NCBI GenBank assembly: GCA_023246535.1
Contig: JAHFIF010000001.1
Coordinates: forward strand, 14,688-27,696
DNA length: 13,009 nt
From: a bacterium
GTDB lineage: Bacteria; Patescibacteriota; Patescibacteriia; CAIQCM01
Direction of reading: 5' to 3'
Under the pieces are notes generated by a model that saw only the letters and a list, made by a program, of their open reading frames with translations, made no database searches and had not been told where the DNA came from. Position numbers and translations under genes: made by a program. Positions 5,747 to 12,064 of the stretch are shown in pieces (within the stretch, counting starts at the first letter, position 1; every line of letters begins with the position of its first letter).

Positions 5747-6382
5747 TTATTTCATTTCGATAAAGAATTTTTCTTTCGGGAAGCGCACTTTTTTCAATTT
5801 GGCGTATTCGTCGTCGGCGGCGCGGAAGCCGACGGCGACGGCGACGGCGGTGGTCAGATTAAGTTTTTCTAAGCCCAAGACATCATCGAATCCTTTGCGA
5901 TCAAAGCCTTCCATCGGCGTGGCGTCGATCTCATTCATCGCGGCCGCGGTCAAAAGCGTGCCCAACGCGATGTAGGCCTGGCGCGCCGCCCAAGCGGTAT
6001 TTTGCTCCGGTGAATTGTTGGCGATCGACCCCAGGATCATTTTGTGATATTCGTTGAAAGTATCGTTGGGCTGGTTGCGAACGGCCGCCGTGAGACCGAT
6101 GAATTCGTCGACCGTCTTGATGCCCAGATCGGTTTTGGCGGCGAAGACCAAAAAGTGCGAAGCGTCGGTGATCGGCGATTGGCCGTAGCCCGCCGCGCGC
6201 AGCTTGGTGCGAAGGTCGGGCGCGTCAACGATGATGACGCGAAACGGCTGGAGGCCGAAGGAGGTGGGCGCCAAGCGCACCGCTTCCAACAGCGTCGCCA
6301 GTTGTTCACCGGTCAATTTTTTCGCCGGGTCGTATTTTTTCGTGGCATAGCGCCAATTAAGCGATTCAATCAGATTTTTCAT
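5747..6382 (-). CDS. Oxygen-insensitive NAD(P)H nitroreductase (NfsB/NfnB family), about 212 aa.
   Basis: MKNLIESLNWRYATKKYDPAKKLTGEQL… aligns with the NfsB N-terminus ([26 protein letters not shown]…). Family motifs are present throughout. The ORF is open up to 6463, but the extension (MARLTDFVYSINRAMMIYRFCEFNAKP) has no homology-like character. The SD is weak at every candidate start. Confidence 0.8.
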   Translation of the reverse strand: MKNLIESLNWRYATKKYDPAKKLTGEQLATLLEAVRLAPTSFGLQPFRVIIVDAPDLRTKLRAAGYGQSPITDASHFLVFAAKTDLGIKTVDEFIGLTAAVRNQPNDTFNEYHKMILGSIANNSPEQNTAWAARQAYIALGTLLTAAAMNEIDATPMEGFDRKGFDDVLGLEKLNLTTAVAVAVGFRAADDEYAKLKKVRFPKEKFFIEMK

Positions 6383-6472
6383 AGGTTTGGCATTAAATTC
6401 GCAAAAGCGATATATCATCATAGCCCTGTTTATCGAATATACAAAGTCCGTCAATCGCGCCAAAAGCCGTTT

Positions 6473-6500
6473 TTGATTTTATCGGCCGGCCGTGTAAGAT
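6473..6500 (+). promoter_or_regulatory. Candidate promoter for 6546-7034: -35 TTGATT (6473-6478), 16-bp spacer, -10 TAAGAT (6495-6500).
   Basis: TTGATTttatcggccggccgtgTAAGAT, followed by an approximately 45-nt leader with strong SD AAAAAGGAGAT 6 nt before the ATG. Confidence 0.4.
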
Positions 6501-6545
6501 ACCGCCGAAAGCAGCAAGCGCTTTCATGAGAAAAAGGAGATAGCC

Positions 6546-7034
6546 ATGAAGCCACGGATTTATATCGCCAGTCCGCTGGGTTTTTCCGAAGCCGGGCAGT
6601 ATTGGTACTACAACGTTCTGGTTCCATTGGTCGAACGGTGCGGGTTCGAAGTCGTTGATCCATGGAAACTGACCGCGCCGGCCATCATCAAGACGGCGAT
6701 GTTTTCGCCGGAAGGGCCGGAACAGCGGCGCGCTTGGGAGGCAGCCAACAAGATCATCGGCGAGAATAACGAACGCGGCATCCAGACCAGCCATCTGGTG
6801 CTCGGTCTGCTGGACGGCCCCGATGTCGACAGCGGCACGGCCAGCGAAATCGGGTTCGCCGCCGGCATCAACAAGCCGATCGAAGGATACCGCAACGATT
6901 TCCGTTTGGCCGGCGACAATATCGGCTCGCGGATCAATCTGCAGGTCGAACACTGGATCAGGCGGATGGGCGGGGTAATTTCGCCCGACCTCAAAGCGCT
7001 CGAAACGGTTCTGCAGGAACGAAAGTTCATCTAG
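6546..7034 (+). CDS. Nucleoside 2-deoxyribosyltransferase-family protein (NDT / DNPH1(Rcl)-like N-glycosidase fold), 162 aa.
   Basis: The N-terminal PRIYIASPLGFSE aligns with the NDT KTIYFGAGWF. …LLDGPDVDSGTASEIGFAAGINKPIEGYRNDFR matches the NDT catalytic-Glu region (…DVGLGMELGYA…). A strong SD is present. Confidence 0.7.
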   Translation: MKPRIYIASPLGFSEAGQYWYYNVLVPLVERCGFEVVDPWKLTAPAIIKTAMFSPEGPEQRRAWEAANKIIGENNERGIQTSHLVLGLLDGPDVDSGTASEIGFAAGINKPIEGYRNDFRLAGDNIGSRINLQVEHWIRRMGGVISPDLKALETVLQERKFI

Positions 7035-7059
7035 TCAGCGGTCGCTCCGTCCGATCGTT

Positions 7060-7094
7060 CCGTCCAGCCTTTCGGGCCAGGGCGGAATTTTTTT
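7060..7094 (+). terminator. Rho-independent terminator after 6546-7034.
   Basis: Imperfect GC-rich stem ccgtccagcc…ggccagggcgg (7060-7085), then aa, then T7 (7088-7094). It lies 25 nt past the TAG at 7032-7034. Confidence 0.5.
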
Positions 7095-7124
7095 AACAAG
7101 GATAATATGCTAAGCTGATTGAAT

Positions 7125-8033
7125 ATGTGGCTGTTTTACGCGTTCTCCGGACCGTTGGCCTGGGCGGCGTCGATGCATATCGACAAGTTTTTGCTGGAAA
7201 AATATTTTAAGCATGGCAGCCTCGCCGTCTCCATGGTCTTTACGGCGATCATCGGTTTGCTGCTCCTGCCGTTCATTGTCATCTTTGTTCCCGGCGTGTT
7301 CAATTTTGCGCCGTTCGCCATCGGCGTGATGATCGCTTCCGGGCTGCTCTTCATGGGCGGCATGACTTTTTATCTTTACGCCCTGCAGACGGAAGAGGCA
7401 TCGATCGTCGGCTTGCTGTCGCCGGCCGGTCCGATTCTTGCTTTTGTTCTGGCTTTCTTCGTTCTGGGCGAGCGCCTGGCGATCGGCCAGCTGTTGGGCG
7501 GCGCGATGGTCGTCGCCGGCGTTTTCATCGCTTCGTTCCGTTTTGGCGGCGGAAAAATAAAATTCAGGAAACGCGCCACCATGATGATGACGGCGGCGAT
7601 CGTTTGTTTTGCCGCCAGCTCGCTCATTTTCAAATATTTCGCCGTTCCCGAGCTCTTCTGGCCCGCGACCTTTTGGACCTATGTCGGCGAGGCGCTGTTC
7701 GGGGCGGGGATCCTGTCTTTTTCTTCCGAGCGGCGGATCTTCATGAAGTTGATCAAGACCAACCCCAAGGTCATGCTGACGATGAACGCCGTTAACGAAT
7801 TGGTGAACCTCGGCGGCAGCCTGGCCGCCCGTTATGCGCTCGTTCTGGCGCCGCTCGCGCTGGTGCAAGCCGTGACTTCGACGACGCCGCTCATGGTGTT
7901 TATTTTCGGGATCGCGATCACCATATTCTTTCCCAGGTTCGGCCGCGAGAATATTTCAAAAACGATCCTGCTCCAAAAATCGCTCGCCGCCGCCCTGGTC
8001 GTGGTCGGCGCCATCCTGGCCGGCGGATCATAA
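7125..8033 (+). CDS. EamA/DMT-superfamily transporter (10-TM, duplicated EamA domains), about 302 aa.
   Basis: Uniformly hydrophobic two-repeat architecture with motifs such as …LAIGQLLGGAMVVAGVFI… and …ALVVVGAILAGGS. The ATG at 7125 is taken as the start. The ORF track opens at a TTG at 7119. There is no clear SD. Confidence 0.75.
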   Translation: MWLFYAFSGPLAWAASMHIDKFLLEKYFKHGSLAVSMVFTAIIGLLLLPFIVIFVPGVFNFAPFAIGVMIASGLLFMGGMTFYLYALQTEEASIVGLLSPAGPILAFVLAFFVLGERLAIGQLLGGAMVVAGVFIASFRFGGGKIKFRKRATMMMTAAIVCFAASSLIFKYFAVPELFWPATFWTYVGEALFGAGILSFSSERRIFMKLIKTNPKVMLTMNAVNELVNLGGSLAARYALVLAPLALVQAVTSTTPLMVFIFGIAITIFFPRFGRENISKTILLQKSLAAALVVVGAILAGGS

Positions 8034-8039
8034 AACCCC

Positions 8040-8083
8040 GCTTTTCACGAGGTGCCACCTCGTGAAAAGCGCTTCATTTATTT
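8040..8083 (+). terminator. Rho-independent terminator after the EamA gene.
   Basis: Perfect 15-nt inverted repeat gcttttcacgaggtg-c-cacctcgtgaaaagc (8040-8070), followed by T-rich cttcatttatttat. It lies 7 nt past the TAA at 8031-8033. Confidence 0.65.
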
Positions 8084-8113
8084 ATCCTTACCTGATAAAG
8101 TGCTTCAAACCTT

Positions 8114-9205
8114 ATGCGCATTCTCATCATCCACGATCGTTTCCAATTCCGCGGCGGGGCCGAACGGATGGTTTTGGACATGTGCAAAATGCTCGGCGCC
8201 GACTTGGTGACGGAATTTTGGACGGATGAGACGTTCTCGCAAAGCGATGTGCCGCACAAACTGACGGTTCTTGATAAGGGCGAACCCAAGGCGATGGTTT
8301 TTCGGTATTTCCGCTCGCAATGGAATTTTTGGTGGAAGACGCGGAAACTGATCCGCGAATACGACACGCTGATCTTCTCCGGCAATAATTGCTTGGCCGC
8401 CGCTTTGCGCCCGTTGCATGGAAAAAAGACGATCCTTTATTGCCACAGCCCGGTGCGCTATGTTTACGACCTGCTGTCGTTCCGGCGCGGCATGGAGCCG
8501 TCGTTCTTAAAAAGATTTTTTTATTACGATATCGGCAAATACCTCATCCGCGGCCTCTATCGGCTGGGGCTTGGCCGCATGAAGGTCGTCATCGCCAATT
8601 CCGAAAACGTCCGCGGGCGGCTGCAGTATTATTGCCACACCGAATCGCAAGTAATTTATCCGCCCATTCAAACGGACAAATACCGCTTCATCGAACAAGG
8701 AGATTACTACCTGTCGTGGGCGCGCCTCGACGAACTTAAGCGCGTCGAGCGCATTGTTTGGGCTTTCCGGGAAATGCCGGACAAGAAATTGATCGTCGCC
8801 TCGGGCGGCGAGCGCGAGGCCGCCATCCGCAAGCTGGCCGAAGGCGCGCCGAACATCTCCGTGCTCGGCTGGGTCGATAATGAAAAGCTTTACGATTTGG
8901 TCGGCCGTTGCATCGCCGGCATCTATCTTCCGATGAACGAGGACTTGGGCATGACGCCGCTCGAAGGCATGGCCGCCGGCAAGCCGTGCATCGGGGTTGA
9001 TGAAGGCGGCCTTAAAGAAACGATCATCCCCGGGGAGACGGGGACGCTCATCAGCGCGGCCGCGCCGATCAATGAACTGGTTAACGCCGTGCGCGTGCTC
9101 ACCCCGGCGCGGGCCGCCGCCATGCGCGCCGCCTGCGAGGCGCAAGCCAAGAATTTTTCCCTCGAAGTTTTTGAAAAGAAGATCCGCGCGGCGATCGGTC
9201 AATAA
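8114..9205 (+). CDS. GT4-family (GT-B fold) retaining glycosyltransferase, 363 aa.
   Basis: The N-terminal MRILIIHDRFQFRGGAER matches the GT4 MKIL…GG.E signature. The C-terminal E-x7-E motif is present (EDLGMTPLEGMAAGKPCIGVDEGGLKETI). There is no SD. The gene may be leaderless or weakly initiated. Confidence 0.85.
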   Translation: MRILIIHDRFQFRGGAERMVLDMCKMLGADLVTEFWTDETFSQSDVPHKLTVLDKGEPKAMVFRYFRSQWNFWWKTRKLIREYDTLIFSGNNCLAAALRPLHGKKTILYCHSPVRYVYDLLSFRRGMEPSFLKRFFYYDIGKYLIRGLYRLGLGRMKVVIANSENVRGRLQYYCHTESQVIYPPIQTDKYRFIEQGDYYLSWARLDELKRVERIVWAFREMPDKKLIVASGGEREAAIRKLAEGAPNISVLGWVDNEKLYDLVGRCIAGIYLPMNEDLGMTPLEGMAAGKPCIGVDEGGLKETIIPGETGTLISAAAPINELVNAVRVLTPARAAAMRAACEAQAKNFSLEVFEKKIRAAIGQ

Positions 9206-10473
9206 TTGAATTGCTCGAAAATGATATTTTCGGGCCGAACGTGTTTTGCCAGCAATTGTTTTTTCAAAGCGTTCATCATGCCTTCGGGGCCGCAGATGAA
9301 TATCTTCTTGTTCTTGAGGCCGCCGGCGCGTTTTTCCACGATGTCGGCGGTCAAATGCCCGCGCCGGTCGCTTTCGTGCAAATGCAGTTTGAAGGCGTTG
9401 GGCACGGCGGCGAGCATCGTCAATTCATTGCTGTAAACGCAGTCATCGGTGCTGTGCGTTGAGCAGAAAAAATCGTTTTTGCCGTTCACGGCTCGGCCGC
9501 GAAAGGCGGACATGAAAGGGGTGACGCCGATCCCGCCGGCGATGAAAATGCTTTCCATATTGGGATCAAGTTCCGAAAAGAATTTTCCGTACGGACCGAA
9601 GACGGTGACCTCGTCGCCGACCGCAAGTTTGGCAAGGTCCTTGGTGAAATCGCCGACGTTTTTTGCCGCAAAACGCAGTTCACTGTCGTTGGGCGCCGAG
9701 CTGAAGGAGAAAGGGTGCGCTTCGGCGGAAACGCTCTTTGAATGAAACGAGAAATAGGCGAATTGTCCCGGCTGGAAAGCAAGGCGCGCCTTTTTGGGCG
9801 ACAAAGTTATTTCGACGATGCCCGCGCCTTTGTCGTTGACCGCTTTGACCGCGTACGCGGCTTGCGGCGCCATGAAGCGGTAGAACAATTCGCGATAGAT
9901 CCACGCGATCGCGCCTAGCGCGACCGTGACGATGATGAAGATGCGCAGCGGCTGGTAGCGGGAAATGTCGCTCGTGATAAAAAGCAAATGATAGATGCCA
10001 AAGGCGAAGGGGATGGCGAAGAATTTTTGGATCAGCGTGAAATACTTGTAGGGGATCTTAAAATAGATGATCGTGACGACGATCCCGGCCATCGTTAGCA
10101 AACCGATCTCGCCGGCGATGAAAATGACATTGCCGGTCAGGAGCGAATAGATCGGGGCGCCGCCGAGGCCGTAGCCGATCGCGACCGCCAGGCCGTGGAT
10201 CGCCAGCAGGCCACCCGACCACGAGCCGGTCTGGTGATGGAGGCGGTAAGCGCGATCCAATCCGCCGCAGGCTTCTTCGATCAAATACGTTCGCGATGCC
10301 AGGATGAAGGAGACGGCGAAAAGGAGCGTCCCGAGGAGCGCGGCCAGCTGGCCGAGCGAGATGAAGGGCGAGGCCAAGACCGCGGCCAGCGTCGGTTTGG
10401 ATAAAAGCCAAAGCAGGATGGTCAGCGTCGCGGACAAGAAAATAATGTAGATCGCCGGTCGCTTGGGTGACAT
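9199..10473 (-). CDS. NOX/FRE-family flavocytochrome (424 aa). It has an N-terminal 6-TM ferric-reductase-like heme domain and a C-terminal FNR-type FAD-binding (HPFSFSS) and NAD(P)H-binding (GGIGVTPF … CGPEGMM) dehydrogenase domain. Bacterial NADPH-oxidase-like, SpNOX-like architecture.
   Basis: Motifs: HPF[ST] FAD motif, GGxGxTP and CGP NAD(P)H motifs. TM-helix His residues H79/H80 and H93 are 13-14 apart, as on NOX TM3, and H162 lies on a later helix. The ATG at 10473 lies 1 nt after the stop of the upstream b5-like ORF (TAA-t-ATG), implying translational coupling. The 3' end overlaps the GT4 stop by 7 nt. Confidence 0.8.
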   Translation of the reverse strand: MSPKRPAIYIIFLSATLTILLWLLSKPTLAAVLASPFISLGQLAALLGTLLFAVSFILASRTYLIEEACGGLDRAYRLHHQTGSWSGGLLAIHGLAVAIGYGLGGAPIYSLLTGNVIFIAGEIGLLTMAGIVVTIIYFKIPYKYFTLIQKFFAIPFAFGIYHLLFITSDISRYQPLRIFIIVTVALGAIAWIYRELFYRFMAPQAAYAVKAVNDKGAGIVEITLSPKKARLAFQPGQFAYFSFHSKSVSAEAHPFSFSSAPNDSELRFAAKNVGDFTKDLAKLAVGDEVTVFGPYGKFFSELDPNMESIFIAGGIGVTPFMSAFRGRAVNGKNDFFCSTHSTDDCVYSNELTMLAAVPNAFKLHLHESDRRGHLTADIVEKRAGGLKNKKIFICGPEGMMNALKKQLLAKHVRPENIIFEQFNY

Positions 10474-10474
10474 A

Positions 10475-10768
10475 TTATTTAACGAGGTAGCGTTGGATCA
10501 TCTGCAAGTTGTCGCCATGCTGTCCGTGGAAGGTCGCGCTCATATCCGTGCCGCATTGAAAGATGTCGCCGCCGGTGTGGGTGTTGCGCAGCGATTCAAC
10601 GTCGTATTTTTGTCCGTCGATCGTGATGATGCAAGTTGACGCCGCCGGAGACGGGCTCATATTTGGCGCCGTTGGTGGCGGCTGGGTTTTTATATAGAGC
10701 AGCGTGCCGGCGATCGCGACGCCGACGATGAGGGCGTAAAAAATAATTTTGGGGAGCAGTTTATTCAT
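10475..10768 (-). CDS. Small N-terminally membrane-anchored protein (97 aa) with a Pro-rich linker and a short cytochrome-b5-like heme-binding domain (HTGG … GQHGD).
   Basis: STCIITIDGQKYDVESLRNTHTGGDIFQCGTDMSATFHGQHGDN aligns with the b5 core [47 protein letters not shown]. Both axial-His positions are conserved. It is in an operon with, and coupled to, the NOX-like gene. There is no SD. The domain is shorter than canonical b5. Confidence 0.5.
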   Translation of the reverse strand: MNKLLPKIIFYALIVGVAIAGTLLYIKTQPPPTAPNMSPSPAASTCIITIDGQKYDVESLRNTHTGGDIFQCGTDMSATFHGQHGDNLQMIQRYLVK

Positions 10769-10791
10769 ATATATATGAGGGTTTTGCCACC

Positions 10792-10820
10792 TTGATGATA
10801 CCAGATATTAATGATAATGT
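10792..10820 (+). promoter_or_regulatory. Candidate promoter for the nifS/iscS operon in the AT-rich divergent region: -35 TTGATG (10792-10797), 17-bp spacer, -10 TAATGT (10815-10820). The leader would be short (about 17 nt) with no SD. A leaderless start from AATTAT/TATTAT (10833-10841) is an alternative.
   Basis: TTGATGataccagatattaatgaTAATGT. No GGAGG-like element precedes the ATG at 10845. Confidence 0.3.
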
Positions 10821-10844
10821 GATAGGCTCTTCAATTATTATAGT

Positions 10845-12059
10845 ATGCCCGAGTCTCCGGAAATATATCTCGACCACGCCGCCACCGCGCCGCTCGACCC
10901 CAGGGTCAAGGCGGCAATGTTGCCGTACTTGGAAGGGGATTTCGGCAATCCGTCCTCGCTGCACATTACCGGTCGCCGCGCCAAGCAGGCGCTCGACGAT
11001 GCGCGCGACGACATCGCCAAAATCCTGCATTGCCGCGCCAGCGAACTCATCTTTACTTCCGGCGGAACAGAGGCCGACAATTTGGCAATCCTTGGCATCT
11101 ACCGGGCATACAAAGAAAAAGGCAACCGAATTGTTACAACGACCATCGAGCATCACGCGGTTCTCAACCCCGTCGAACATTTGGTTAAAAAAGAAGGCGC
11201 CGAGGCGCTCTTCGTCAAAGTCGACCGCGACGGTTTGGTTGATCCGGCGAATATCATTGCCGCGCTTACTGACAAGACGCTCTTGGTTTCGGTCATGTAC
11301 GCGAATAACGAGATCGGCACGATTGAACCGATCGCCGCCATCGGCCAAGCGATCGCCGCTTGGAAAAAAGCCAACAATCGCAAGCCGTCCGAGGCTCCGT
11401 ACTTCCATACCGACGCCTGCCAGGCGGCCGGCGCGCTGTCGCTCGACGTGAACGAGCTGGGGTGCGACCTGCTGACCCTGAACGGCTCGAAGATCTACGG
11501 TCCGAAAGGCGTCGGCGTGCTGTACGTTCGCACCGGCCTGCGCCCCGAACCGCTCATCTACGGCGGCGGTCAGGAGTGGGGGCTGCGTTCCGGCACGGAA
11601 AACATCGCCGCGATCGTCGGTTTGGCCAAAGCCCTGGCATTGAGCCAAGCGGAACGGGAAACGGAAAACGCGCGACTCGTCGCCTTGCGCGACAAGCTCA
11701 TCGCCGGCTTGCTACAGATCCCAAAAACGCGCCTGAACGGCCATCCGACCAAACGCTTGCCCAATAACGCCAACGTTTCCATCATGGACATTGAAGGCGA
11801 GGCCATGCTGCTTTATCTTGATGAGGCCGGCTTCCGCGCCTCCACCGGTTCGGCTTGCACTTCGGCTTCGCTCGACCCGTCGCACGTCATCGCCGCCATC
11901 GGTTTGCCGTACGAAGCGGCGCACGGTTCGATGCGCTTCACGCTCGGCCACGCGACGACCGAAGCCGACGTGGAAAAACTTTTGAAAACCCTGCCGCCGA
12001 TCGTGGAAAAGCTGCGTCAGCTTTCCCCGGTGCGCCTGAACATGAAACATTACGCCTAA
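10845..12059 (+). CDS. iscS: Cysteine desulfurase, class-V aminotransferase group I (IscS/NifS type), 404 aa.
   Basis: Near-full-length similarity to IscS. PEIYLDHAATAPLDPRV matches the N-terminus. The PLP-Lys region reads LNGSKIYGPKGVGVLYVR. The active-site Cys loop reads STGSACTSASLDPSHV. The C-terminus reads …LSP. It is followed by NifU-like and ferredoxin genes. Confidence 0.9.
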   Translation: MPESPEIYLDHAATAPLDPRVKAAMLPYLEGDFGNPSSLHITGRRAKQALDDARDDIAKILHCRASELIFTSGGTEADNLAILGIYRAYKEKGNRIVTTTIEHHAVLNPVEHLVKKEGAEALFVKVDRDGLVDPANIIAALTDKTLLVSVMYANNEIGTIEPIAAIGQAIAAWKKANNRKPSEAPYFHTDACQAAGALSLDVNELGCDLLTLNGSKIYGPKGVGVLYVRTGLRPEPLIYGGGQEWGLRSGTENIAAIVGLAKALALSQAERETENARLVALRDKLIAGLLQIPKTRLNGHPTKRLPNNANVSIMDIEGEAMLLYLDEAGFRASTGSACTSASLDPSHVIAAIGLPYEAAHGSMRFTLGHATTEADVEKLLKTLPPIVEKLRQLSPVRLNMKHYA

Positions 12060-12064
12060 ACCCT

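Noticed and set aside
6383-6463. Upstream extension of the nitroreductase ORF to an ATG at 6463 (238 aa)
   Set aside because: The extension adds 27 residues with no counterpart in NfsB-family proteins. Homology begins exactly at MKNLIES (6382). No start has a good SD, so the call rests on alignment.
3940-7034. Reading the PRTase plus NDT-like gene neighbourhood as an anti-phage defence system
   Set aside because: Not adopted as a call. The genes are separately transcribed and on different strands. No RT, ncRNA, ATPase, nuclease or sensor partner is present. The domains fit housekeeping salvage equally well. The idea is kept only as a low-interest finding.
10475-10768. Alternative identities for the small membrane-anchored ORF (FMN_bind flavinylation domain; PepSY domain)
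   Set aside because: There is no [ST]GA[ST] flavinylation motif and no PepSY-like G..YEV…DA.TG pattern. The HTGG…GxDxSATF..GQHG block fits the b5 core far better. The alternatives are still listed as things to test.
10761-11648. 295-aa - strand ORF antisense to iscS, and several other antisense ORFs (12056-12670 -, 8507-9202 -, 6393-6953 -)
   Set aside because: These are shadow ORFs opposite strongly supported genes. They show GC-driven amino-acid bias and no start signals.
11855-12064. ORF-track extension of the nifU ORF back to 11855, overlapping the end of iscS
   Set aside because: It is in frame with, and internal to, iscS on the same strand. The homology of the NifU domain starts at MSTPDV (12065), 5 nt after the iscS stop.
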